Source: Eledone cirrhosa (Eukaryota). Taken from it: a stretch of 64,000 nucleotides of DNA. The position numbers were made by a program, and so were the translations under genes. Positions 38,711-51,013 of this stretch are shown here, piece after piece. The stretch's first letter is position 1, and each line of letters opens with the position of its first letter. A model generated the notes under the pieces. The model was not told where the DNA came from. It did no database searches and saw only the letters and a program-made list of their open reading frames with translations. The stretch covers positions 355,880,001 to 355,944,000 of the forward strand of contig OZ024741.1 of assembly GCA_964016885.1 (NCBI GenBank). The letters are read 5' to 3'.

Positions 38711-39679
38711 GCATACAATTCAAATGCAGTAGATTATAAGGGTTTCCTTAAGGTTCGTGATAAACAAACTTATATAATAACAGTCACAACTACATAACAG
38801 GTGGATTTAGTAAATACAAAATTTATAATATAAGGTTTGTATTATAACATAAGGTTTCTATAATCTTAAATTTCCTTTGTTATCTTGACATTTATAACAT
38901 TTAATATAGGTAAATAACTTAATTTCCTTCACGCTGTTTTGCTATTACATAGAAATGTTTTTCTCCGGGGTTTTTTTCTCTGGTTTCTCAGAAAAACATA
39001 TAAGTTTAAGAAAATTCCTATACATAAAAAGTCCTTTATCTATGTGTATGGTATGTGTAGGTATATATATATATATATATATTTATATCTATGTGTATGT
39101 ATGTGTACGTACGTATATATATATGAATATATTCTTTTAATAATATATGGGTTTTAATAATATATAGATTTTTAATAATATATAGATCTCAACTTTTAAT
39201 GTATAGATCTCAATAATTTGATGGATAATTTAATTGATAAACTAAACATTTAATCATATTTAAACACTGGTTAAAATTCATTTTCCATTCACGCTTATTT
39301 ACTTATTTACTTTACTCATCCAAAAATATTTATTTTTTCACTTCATCTTAAAAGTTATGCTAATACAACAACCTATCACTTAGGGCTTTCTCTTTCTCTT
39401 TCGCTTTCTCTTTTCTCTTTTCTTTTTTCTTCTCTTTCTCTCTTTCTCTTTTTCTTGTTTTCTTATTTTCCTCTTAAAGCTGCTTTTTTCTTTTTTCTCT
39501 TTCCCTCTCTCCATACCCCAACGGCTTATTTTAAATCTACTGTGATTTTAAAATATCCGACACTAATTTGCATAATAGTATAAATAAATTTATAACCCCA
39601 CTATCCGGGAGCTTCCAACAGAAATGGTCGCATTCTTTAAGGGTATGTCAATATTTATTTATAAAACTGATCTATATTA

Positions 39680-39744
39680 TATTTTATCTGATGAAAGCAC
39701 ACCATAATTTAACTTGGTGTCCTTGAAATATGTATAATGAAATA
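39680..39744 (+). ncRNA. Type I hammerhead ribozyme (PLE-A 3' pLTR)
   Basis: TATTTTAT-CTGATGA-AAGCACACCA..TGGTGTCCTT-GAAA-TATGTA-TA-ATGAAATA. Confidence 0.85.
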
Positions 39745-39958
39745 AATATGGTTTTATAAATATAGTTTCCATTTGTTAATATATCGTATTTTTACTCCAA
39801 TAATTTGTTGAGTGCTTTATATCAGTTATAAAAATATTTGCTTGTTGTATCCCAACAATTTAAATAGAACTTCTACATATATATTTATCCTTATCGAGCC
39901 CTCTTTGGATTTTAGTCTTCAAATTTATTATTATTACTATTATTATTATTATTATTAT

Positions 39959-40019
<61 letters not shown>

Positions 40020-40020
40020 C

Positions 40021-40057
<37 letters not shown>

Positions 40058-40562
40058 TGCACCCCCCCCCCCCACACATATATATATATATTGTGTTAAT
40101 TGACAGTCAATTAACGCAATCAGATATACACACTCATATTTACAGAATATTTCCTTTGCCCCCCAAGAACAATTTTGTTCTGTGAAGAATCACAACTACC
40201 AACACAGCTGCTACTATCATGACTACACACTTCTCTCTCTGTACACAAGAACTCATTCTCCAGTCCCCTTCTGAGCAAGGAAGATGAAAAAAAAACTTAC
40301 TCCAACACTTAATTTTAAATCTTTAATTCTTAGTTTTTAATTCTTATTAATTATTTTTAATTGTAATACTCAACATTTGATAAGATTAGTTTTAATAATA
40401 CATCGAAATTGGTAATACTTTATATACATTATAAAACTCTTTTTTAAAAGAATTGTCCCTCTCATTTTTCAATAATGTCATCTTTTCAATAATGTCACTT
40501 TGACGAATCAAAGAAAGGAAAAAAAGAAAAACAGACTCTAAAATATATTTTCCGAGCTATTT

Positions 40563-40621
<59 letters not shown>

Positions 40622-40622
40622 G

Positions 40623-40661
<39 letters not shown>

Positions 40662-41019
40662 TATTGGTGCAGACATGACTGAATCGTTTAGAATATTTGG
40701 ATGTTCTCTGAATTAGCAAAATAAATTTCATCTAAACTGTAAAATGGTTATGTTGGTTTGACGTGAAAATATATTAGAGCGTTACTGGTACTTTATGTTA
40801 TCGAGCCCGTATAAATGAAAAGAAAAGATGGTGTGTGCACACACATACACGTTTACGAACCCAAAGCTTAGAAATTCAACTGCTTTAGCTAATAAAATTT
40901 GGGAGTTAATAGAATAAAAAAAGGTACGAAATTTCGTGATCTATCCTGGAATTTTCCCATAAGTATCAGCAGGATACAGAAGTGTGTCATATTTATACAC
41001 ATGAAGTCTACAATAATAA

Positions 41020-41207
41020 TTGTTTCTACTTTTTGGCACAAGGCCAGCAATTACCCAGTGCATTACTGGTACTTTATTTTATCGACCCCGTAAGGATGAA
41101 AGGCAAAGTCAACCTCAACGGGATTTGAACTCAGATCGTAAAGGGACGTAACTATGCTGGAAAGCATGGCGTCCGACCCTCTACCGATACTGCCAATCCA
41201 CCACCCT
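41020..41207 (-). mobile_element. tRNA-derived SINE
   Basis: A-box-like TGGCAGTATCGG, B-box GAGTTCAAATCCC, body TTTGCCTTTCATCC..GGGGTCGATAAAATAAAGTACCAGT, (ATT)n tail; further copies at 43727 and 44779. Confidence 0.8.
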
Positions 41208-42223
41208 TTAGTCTACAATAATAATAACTGGCAAAACATTAGTAAACACTAGACAGGAACGAATTTTTAATTGCAGACACAAACAATTAAAAAATATTTT
41301 TTACTATATTCCTGCCTAACAGGAAATTTGATCATACTACTGATTCACTCATTTCACGGTGACTTTATTGTAACTTTATTATGGGTATATCTTTGCTGGC
41401 TGAATCTCGAACTCTTTGAAGTAATGCCGGCTGCATTCTTATCTGTAAAATACCACATAGTTGTCAAGTTGGTAGATGTTCATTGAACAACATAATTGTT
41501 GTTGCTGTTGTAATACTACTACTATTACAACTAATTTTCTGTTGTTGTTTTGAATGGGTACATTTTCAGCCAATAATAGTCCAGATATTTTGTAGGATTG
41601 AATCCACTTGTCATTTCCTATTCCCCTAACACTACCATAAAGCTCCCATCCTTCCCTACTCTTATTTGTATTGATTTATCTACATCAATCTTAGCCTTTC
41701 CTCAGTCTTCCATCTCTTTCCCCTAATCTTCACCCTCTTGGATTCTTCATTGTTCTTCCTCTTTATTTCTTCCTCTACTTATGTTTTTCTGTCTAAAATA
41801 CTATCCTCCAAGTATCTCTCCCTCTCTATTCTTTCATGTGTCTTCCTCTATTTCTTTTCTTTTTCTTTATCACGTTTTGTCTTTTTTGTCTTTTTTGTCT
41901 TTTCCTTTTCTTCTTTTCTTTTCTTATCCTTTTTCTTTTTCCTTCAATTCTAGCTTGCCTTCTATATATCTCTATATTTGAAAATGTTTTTATTCCACTT
42001 TGAAAATTTGTTGCCTACATATGATTTTATAAATAGTTGGGTTCGATTTATTTTGATTGAAATAATCAAATATTAGCGATCTTACCTTGATATGTAACAC
42101 ACACGACGAAACACGTGTCAGTGTTATGTAATAATGCTATTCCCATTTTTCTGGAATGTGATGCTTTAAATAATAATTTTGTAAATCTCACTCACTCTCT
42201 CTCGTTCTCTCTCTCTCTCTCTT

Positions 42224-42583
<360 letters not shown>

Positions 42584-43090
42584 TTTTTCTCTATTATATA
42601 TGTTCTGGCTCGTTAATTTATTAACCTGTCATAGAACCACATTGGCATACGGTTGGATAATACATGTGGTCCCGATGTGCATTTTTTGCACGTAGGAAAA
42701 CATACTTTATTATTATTAATCTCCCCTAAGGTCGAGATAACATTTTGGTCGTTTTAACTGCTGCTATTTCTAGTGACAGGACCTTGACCTTTCCGCTCTT
42801 GCCTTCTATCTTTACACTCGGCGCTAGACAAGATTGTTTCCTTATCATACACTCTCATCCGGGAACAGTTCTTTATGGCGCCAGTTCGTGATTTGAACTC
42901 GGGAATTTTATATTCTCCGAGTGAGAAGAACCCTCTGACGAAAGTCTCCTTCTCAATGGTGTTCCGCATGGATTATCCATTTATTTTGAGACTTGAAACC
43001 GCGCGGTAAGGGTAAATATAGTAAGTACAGTAAACTTGTTAAAATTCATTTTAAAACTTTTTCTCTACCTTGATTATATATATATATATA

Positions 43091-43345
43091 AGCAAAAGGA
43101 ATATTTAATTTGTTGTTAATTCAACAAATATATATGTTTATAACTGATTCGAAGCACTCGACAGATTTTCTGGGGTATAATATCAATGATATTAAATAAA
43201 TGGAAACTATATTTATAAAACCATATTTATTCTATTATATATATTTCAAGGGTACCAAAACTTTGGTACGCTCTCCTCATATAAAATACAAAATTTGTTT
43301 TATAAATATTGACATATCCAGGAAGAAAATCTTAACGGTTCAAGT
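43091..43345 (-). mobile_element. PLE pLTR relic (PLE-A/C family) with hammerhead motif at 43228-43288
   Basis: Minus strand reads TATTTTAT-ATGAGGA-GAGCGTACCAAA..TTTGGTACCCTT-GAAA-TATATA-TA-ATAGAATA, followed by the same tail as at 39740-39860. Confidence 0.7.
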
Positions 43346-43726
43346 TTTTCCTGGATAGTAAAAGGAAAGAAGGGAAAGAGAAGAAAAGTCAAATATTTCA
43401 AATTATTAAGATGAATATGCAAATGAGGTTGAGGTATAGGGCTGAAAAAAATGTTATTTTTAGACGCTAGGTAGATTTAAATAATTATTAGGATATATGT
43501 TTGTATGTGTCGGAAGAAGAAAGAGAAAGAAAGAAAAGCTTGTATTTACGTGAATTTAAAAAGAATTAACAGTTTGCAGGAATGGTGGAATATGATTCCA
43601 GAATTTAAAAAATTATTTAGCTATATTATGAGTTATATTATTATATATATAATCAATTAGATTAAATGAAGAATTATGGTTGTAAGTACATTTTATCTGA
43701 TTACATTGCAGCAGGTTGTATAATTA

Positions 43727-43980
43727 CGGCCCTTTACGTTCTGTGTTCAAATCCCGCCGAGGTTAGCTTTGCCTTTCATCCTTACGGGGTCGATAAAATA
43801 AAGTACCAGTCACGCACTGGTGTGGATTTAATCGACTTTCCCCTCCCTCAAAATTGCTGGCCTTGTGCCTATATAAGAAACCAGTATAAAATAAAGCACC
43901 AGTAACACACTAGGCACGATTTAATCGACCCCCCCTCTTCCATTGAAACTGCTGGTTTGTGCCAAAACTAGAAACAATTC
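43727..43980 (+). mobile_element. SINE, 5'-truncated, with duplicated 3' part
   Basis: GTTCAAATCCCGCCGAGG..TTTGCCTTTCATCC..TAAAGTACCAGT. Confidence 0.75.
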
Positions 43981-44778
43981 TTAAAGTAGAGCTGTTAAGA
44001 AAACGGATGGCATATCCTGAACAAGTGGCATGGAAATATACAATATTTTTCTCTTTGTTTCGCACTCTAATTAAAACTTTTGTTTTTAACTAATACAAAA
44101 TAGGTCAAATGTTAATCTTATGCACAACATTTATCAAATATTATTGTAACCAGAATTATATTCTGCAACACATTTCTTTAATGAAATTAATGTAAAAACT
44201 TTGTCAGTGTATAAATTACCTTCATGTATCTTTCTTTTGTTTTTTTAATCTCATTTTCTGTATATCTTGTAGTAGATAGATATTTAATGTAAAATAATTA
44301 CTGCAACTGTTGGCGCGTGGTCACGTATAGAACGGTAGGATGGTTATCATCGTTCGTTAGAAGGCTTATTAAAAACGACCTAAAAAAACACATATAAATG
44401 GCCATAGCTGTATACTACGAGTGATTTTCTCTGGTTTTATACCGAGTTTACCATTCACTGACCAAATATCAAAAAAGGATAAACGAAAGAGAAAATAATA
44501 CACAATGCGGTCTTCCCAAATTGATGTCGATGAAATTATAAATTCTCTGGGAGATACTAATTTTTTCCACGTTACTCAATACATAATTCTCTGTCTCCCA
44601 GTACTTATAATATGTACCAATAGCTTCTTCTACATATACCTTGGTATGTATAATCATTATATAAATATATAAATACTCTGCAGCAATATCATTATTTCAT
44701 TATATTTCTCATTGTATATCTATCTATCCTGCTTTTTATTTGTCCGCTATATGTCGGCCCTTGTGACCAATAAAGAAA

Positions 44779-44971
44779 TTGGCAGTATCGGTAGAGGATC
44801 GGACGCCATGCTTTGCAGCATAGAGTTACAGTCCTTTATGATCTGAGTTCAAATCCCACCGAGATAAATTTGCCTTTAATCCTTACGGGGTCGATAAAAT
44901 AAAGTACCAGTAATACACTGGAATAATTGCTGAACTTGTGCCAAAAGTAGTAACAATTATTATTATTATTA
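44779..44971 (+). mobile_element. SINE whose (ATT)n tail begins the right-hand array
   Basis: Homologous to 41020-41207. Confidence 0.8.
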
Positions 44972-45085
44972 CTTCAGTCTCAGTCATTGAGGTCCCTGCT
45001 GCTGGGCCAGGGAGCACATGTCGTTCCAGCCTCCTTTTCACCGTTATTCGAACTGTTTAGATTCGACATTTAACCACTCATATCG
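44972..45085 (-). mobile_element. Mini internally deleted Dong-B derivative
   Basis: 44972-44989 matches the family B 3' terminus; 44990-45085 matches about 63070-63188 (ORF start region); flanked by (TTA)n. Confidence 0.75.
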
Positions 45086-45145
<60 letters not shown>

Positions 45146-46784
45146 GGCGACCTACGTAGTAAATCGTATCATTGTGAGCTCCGCAAAGGTTTGTTATTTC
45201 CGTTTGTTAAAAATTGTCATTTATGGAAAATTTTATTGTTAACTGTTTATAAGCGCACATACATTGTTTTCCAAAAAGGACACCCAAAAAGATTGGGGCC
45301 TTGTGCCCAAAATTTAAACTTTTATTATTAACAAAAATTTCTTTGAAAAAAAATGGCTAATTCACCTCTGCACCAGATGGAGAAAAACTGGAACGAGGTG
45401 ACGAGCAGGGTGGCCTCCCTCACCCAGAAATGGGCTGAGAGGAGGCTGTCCCTGAAAGGCCGAGCGGAAGTGGCGAATACGTAGATCGCATCTGTCATCT
45501 GCTACCGCCTCACCGTCGTCCCTTGCTCCACCCCAACTCTCACTAAAATGGAGCGTCTCCTCTTCCGCTTTTTCTAGAAGGGACGCGCTCCCATGGTCAG
45601 ACGATCCATCTGCTGTCAACACCCGTTGCGTGGAGGACTGGGCATACCATGGCTGATGATGCGCAAACATGCGCTGAGGCTGCGACATCTCTGGTGCTTC
45701 CTTGATGGTGAACGGGTGTGGTCGCCGTTCGCCAGGCACATTTTCCTACAGCTCGTCTCCTTGACGGAGCTCCAGTCCTGGGTCAGAAAAAGACCGAGGG
45801 TAGCGCTTGGAAACTGGAATGTCTCCAGGCGCTCACTGCCCTCTCCCAGTTGGGCCCCAGTATCGGTGGAATATCCACCTCGGCGTTCTATAGAGGACTA
45901 GTGGAGGGGAAGAGCGACGACGTTCTCGGAGAGATCCAGGGATCGAAGAAGATCAGCTGTTTGCTCTCTTCCGGAGAACTTTCAGCCCAGGGCCTATAGA
46001 TAACTTCCAAAAATCCCTGGCCTCGCAGTTCTACCGGGGAGCGTTGCCGGTTCGAGATAAGCTCTACAGGCATGGAAGTGCCGTCAGCCGAGCCTGTCCG
46101 AGATCCGCGCATAGCGACGAAACCGTTGTGCACGCACTTGTTCAGTGCCCGAGCATTGCTGACTTGTGGAGCTATGTCGAACAGTTGCTGTCACGTGTGG
46201 GACTGATCCGGTTGTCGACTGAGTCCATTGTGCAGATGGTCTCGCCGTCTTCCTTTGAGGAGGAAGGGCAGGCGGTTTTCATCTGCCTGGTGGCCATGGC
46301 GAAAGAGATTGTGTGGTGGACAAGGTTAAAAGGATTAAAGACAAACACTTTCCTCCATGATTAACTTTTTCAAGTTTCACTTGAAGAGGAAAATCAGGGT
46401 GGAGAGGCGTGTTGCTTTCTAGCAAGTTTGTTGAAAGGTGGGTGAATGTAGCGAGAATGGTCCGAGCGAACGGGACCACTCTGAATATACGTCTGTAGTT
46501 TGAGAGATGGAAAAATTGAGAGAGGGCGCTTGTCCTGGTATTCAGGGTGGCCGTGGTCTTTTGTGTGGTTTTCGCCACGAGTAACCCTCGGAGGTTTCCC
46601 CCCTATTGGGGAATTTTTCATTGTTTCAATTTTCATTTTATTGTTTATATATATATGTTTTATATCTTTTTTCTTTTCTTATATAAATAATAAAAATATT
46701 TACACGCACAAAACCCACATCGTACCGTCCTGTTCCGTCTGTGATGTTTTCTTGATGTCAGCCCTTGTGGCCAATAAAGAAATC
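45146..46784 (+). mobile_element. Internally deleted chimeric Tx1 (T2-type 5' UTR + T1-type ORF2 end and 3' UTR)
   Basis: 45146-45360 matches the reverse complement of 24335-24551; 45373-46784 matches the reverse complement of 8733-10165. Confidence 0.85.
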
Positions 46785-46802
46785 ATTATTATTATTATTA
46801 TT

Positions 46803-47435
46803 AAACCGTCCTGCACGCACTCGTCCAGTGCCCGAGCATGCTGACTTGTGGGTTTATGTCGAACACCTGCTGTCGCGTGTAGGACGGATCCGGCTATCAG
46901 CTGAGTCCATCGTGATGATTGCCCCGCCCTCTTCCTTTAGCCGGGAAGGGCAGGCAGTTTTTATCTGTCTGGTGGTCATGGCGAAAGAGATAGTATGGTG
47001 GACACGTTTGAAAGGGCTGAAGACGAGCACTTACCTCTTCGGTGATGCCCTGATTAACTTTTTCAAATTTCATTTGAAAAGGGAAATCAGGGTAGAGAGG
47101 GAAGTGCTCTCTTCCCAGCATTTTGTTGAAAGATGGGTGAGAGAAGCAAGTATGGCCCGAGTGAATGGGCCTACTCTGAGTATGTGTCTGTAAATTAAAG
47201 GTGGAAAACTGGGAGAGGGCACTTGCCCTGGTGGTCAGGGTCACTGTGGTTTTTTAATGGGCTTTCTCCACAAATGTCCCTCGGAAGTCTCCCTCCTATT
47301 GGGGAATTTTTCTTTGTTATTTTATTACATCCTCTGTTTTTTTACACGCAGAAATGCCTATTTTACCGTCCTGTATTGTCCTGTACTGTCCTTAATGTCT
47401 ACTTATTGTAAACCCTTGTGGTTAATAAAGAAAAC
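46803..47435 (+). mobile_element. Tx1 (T2/T3-type) 3' fragment
   Basis: Matches 54043-54683; flanked by (ATT)n. Confidence 0.9.
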
Positions 47436-47739
47436 ATTATTATTATTATTATTATTATTATTGAATGCCATGGTTGACGGAGGCTCGGCTCTGTAAGGTA
47501 TAGTAATTTTTAACCGTTAAAACAATTGTAAATTGTTTAAAACTTGAACCAAATTGTTGATAAAGACACCCTCCTCCTCGTGAGAGGGGTCTTTCTGTCC
47601 GTTATTTGGCCCTTCGGGGTTAAATAACCAGTTATTGGGGTTTTGTACCCAAAATTTCATTTTAAACAAAAAAACAACATGGCTACGAAAAAGAAATTTC
47701 ATAGGTCACTCCCACTCATTCCGTCTTCTTCTTCCTCAA

Positions 47740-48935
47740 TCTATATATATAAAACTGTGGTTGTCTGTCTGTCTATCGACTTTTGGCACACATCTCCTCT
47801 TAGAATCTCTCACGGAATTGCACCGAAATTGCTATACTTGTACATTGAGCCCTAGCGAAGACATCGGAAAAAAAATATTTCAAATTGACCCGCCCTATCT
47901 GACGAAATCGAATATAATGTATCGATTTTTGAGCGTAAGTGATCAGTTATTTCCCTTTGTTCTGTTTACATTGAGCGTCTGCGTGCAAAAATTAAAAAAA
48001 TTACGCTGGCTTTCTCAGCGTTTAAAATGACATTAACACAATAATTTTTACTTGAAAACAAGTCTATTTAAAGACTACGTAAAACAAGCAAATATTTCGT
48101 AAAAAAAAGCAAAAATTATATAAGTTTATTTAAAATATATGTATCTGTTAATTTCGTTACGCGTGCAGTCAGTTTTATATATATAGATGATAAACAATAA
48201 TATCCTCTATGAGGTCACTAAACCTGCTAGAAACAGCAGCTAACTCTCCCTCATATCACACCACTCCCTACTGTCTTAAATTTAGAAAACACATATCCTC
48301 TATGAGGTTACTAAACCTGCTAGAAACAGCAGCTAACTCTCCCTCATATCACACCACTCCCTACTGTCTTAAATTTAGAAAACACATATCCTCTATGAGG
48401 TTACTAAACCTGCTAGAAACAGCAGCTAACTCTCCCTCATATCACACCACTCCCTACTGTCTTAAATTTAGAAAACACATATCCTCTATGAGGTCACTAA
48501 ACCTGCTAGAAACAGCAGCTAACTCTCCCTCATATCACACCACTCCCTACTGTCTTAAATTTAGAAAACACATATCCTCTATGAGGTCACTAAACCTGCT
48601 AGAAACAACAGCTAACTCTCCCTCATATCACAACCCTCCCTACTGTCTTAAATTTAGAAAACACACAGACAACCATGCAGAACAACTCCATCGCAGCTCT
48701 GTTGTTCGGCTGGCATCGTCTACTCGCGTGTTGCGCAAGTACTGTGAAACAATAAATTTCAACACTTTTTTTGCACAGAGATAATATCCATAGGCGAAAC
48801 TACAATTGTCACTGCTGGCGCAGCTCATGCTTCCAGGTCTGCAATTCATTCACCCAGTGCCTGGCAGACAAAAAAGTGCTGCAACCTAATTTTGGTAACT
48901 TAATGACCCCGAGCAACGCCGGGCTTTAATGCTAG
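47740..48935 (+). mobile_element. Non-autonomous Helitron inserted in the T3 5' UTR
   Basis: A|TCTATATATATAAAA 5' end; subterminal hairpin CCCG-AGCAACGC-CGGG then CTAG|T; inserted between A and T with no target-site duplication. Confidence 0.85.
48200..48665. repeat. 93-bp minisatellite, 5 copies
   Basis: The unit recurs at 48209, 48302, 48395, 48488 and 48581. Confidence 0.95.
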
Positions 48936-48959
48936 TCATCACTACAGCAGAGAGAAGAT

Positions 48960-50978
48960 TGTCTCTCTCCCTCCCTTCTTTAAATGTGTCTCTCTCCCTC
49001 CCTTCTCTTTCGCAAGTGACGAAAGAAAAGAAAAGTCTCGTGCAAAGCGTGCAAGGTTTCTCCACGACGACGACGACAGCGACGAAACAGGTGTGCGGGA
49101 AATACGAAAACCCAGTTCATTCGTCTGACGTCAGGAATAATAGCAGTAGCAGCTGTAATAACAACAGCAACAGTGACAATGAAAACAACAGTAGCAGCCG
49201 CAACAGCATCACCAGCAGCATAAACAACAACAGCATTAGCAGCAGCAACACCAACAACAACCACAGCAACAGCGGCGGAGGCAGTAGTCGTAGTACCTGC
49301 AGCAACAACAAAAGTACCAGCAGCTCTGACGACAACAACAACAGCAGCAGCAGAGAAAAACCAATCTCATTTGCAGGTATTGCGAAAAACTTGGAAACAA
49401 TCCTCATAACAAATGAGGAATTAGAGGAAGCGAAGAAGATGGTGACAAAGAATGGACACCGAGCAATCTGCAAGGCAGCGGAAAAATTTTTCGAAACCCA
49501 AGAGCACTGTACGGTCACGTACCGTACAGTAAGTACAAAATCCCGTAGGGTGGAAAGAGCCACAGAGGCCCAAATACAAAAAGCCTTGGGGCCTGTGTGG
49601 CAGCGGAAAACGCACATCACCCGAGGCAAAAAATATGCCACCGTAGACGTACTTTTTGCCACACCCCAGGAGGCAAAGGCCCAATCAGTAGTGACCCTAA
49701 GGAGCGAGGAAATGGTGTTGGTGCCCTCCTACTGCGGGCAAAAAATTGTGAGGGTCAAACTGACCCACGTCCCCCCCCGGAATGGCCCCTTCTTGGCTGG
49801 CCGCGTCTGTCCTCGTCGGAATCGAGGACAAAACAACTGTACTGCAAGTACAGAAAAAAGTAAGAGAAGATTGGGTCGGCTCCTCCATTGAGATGCTAAT
49901 CCAAACCAACCAGGAGTACATCGAAGCTATCCCGGATGTGATAGACTTCGATAACGGCACTCAACTGCCCATAAGTGTTGAAGGAAAACGCCCGAAATGC
50001 TTTCGCTGTGGATCGAAGACTCACCTCAGGGCCTTCTGCAACGAGAAGACCCTGAGAAAGGAGAAAACCCCCCTCCTTCCGAATCCGGCTCCACGGCTAC
50101 CAGCAACAGGACAAGCGGCAACCAGGAACGATAGGTCCGTGGCACCCATACCCACTCCACGGAAATCAAAAACAGCAGCAGCAGTGGAAATATTAACAAC
50201 AACAACAGCAATACCAAATGCAGCTGCAACAGAGGCTCCAGTGCAAACATCACCAACAACAACAAGTGAAAGAGTGGAGCTGGTACCCCTCCCCGACCTC
50301 ACAGAATCAGACATGGAGTGTGAGGTGGGAGAGGGATGGCAAAAGGTCGTAAGAAGGCACAAACGCAGAAGCAGCGCATCGTCGCCTTTGAAAAGGGAGG
50401 AAAGAAATGAGAAAAGGGTAAAGTCTACTGCAAAGAGACCCACAGCAGCAACACGACCAACACCATCACCACCCACACTAGCACCACCATCACCACCGGC
50501 GACAACCCCACCGCCAACAACACCTTCAACACCACCACCACAAGCACCAACATCGCAAACACAACAACAAAACACACACACCCAGCAACAACGACAAGAA
50601 AATAGCAGAACCACACCCCACCCCCAGAAAAACAAATGCACGGCAATAAACACACACAACAAGAAACTAATGACTTACATAATTGAACACACAGACATTT
50701 CACAACAGGACTACATAATACCAGCACCAATCAAAACGCCAACTAACATAAGACTGCTAAAAATAGCAAAGAAACAATACACAAACATTAAAACGAAATT
50801 CCCCAACGCAGTTGGTGATTTCAGAGACCTAGGAGGGACTCTCAATCGAAGAGTATATTCGGACATACTCATAGAAGAGCCGACGACCAGCCGAAGGGAC
50901 GATTCAACAGTCCCTTCACCAGACGATCAAGTGAAAAGGGATGGAAAAACCATCCCTCCTCTACGAAAAGTACGGTAA
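48960..50978 (+). pseudogene. T3 ORF1 (zinc-knuckle nucleic-acid-binding protein), one frameshift
   Basis: S/N-rich N-terminus, CFRCGSKTHLRAFC (CX2CX4HX4C), P/T-rich region; frame change at the C8 run 49771-49778; true start uncertain. Confidence 0.8.
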
Positions 50979-51013
50979 GTGGTCTTTCCCATCTTTTCCA
51001 CTCTATTTTAAAC

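Noticed and set aside
41130-41207. tRNA gene
   Set aside because: The A/B boxes belong to a SINE head; there is no cloverleaf.
48209-48784. 191-aa ORF with 31-aa repeats, or a CRISPR-like array
   Set aside because: The 93-bp unit is a multiple of three inside a Helitron; there are no unique spacers or cas genes, and the context is eukaryotic.
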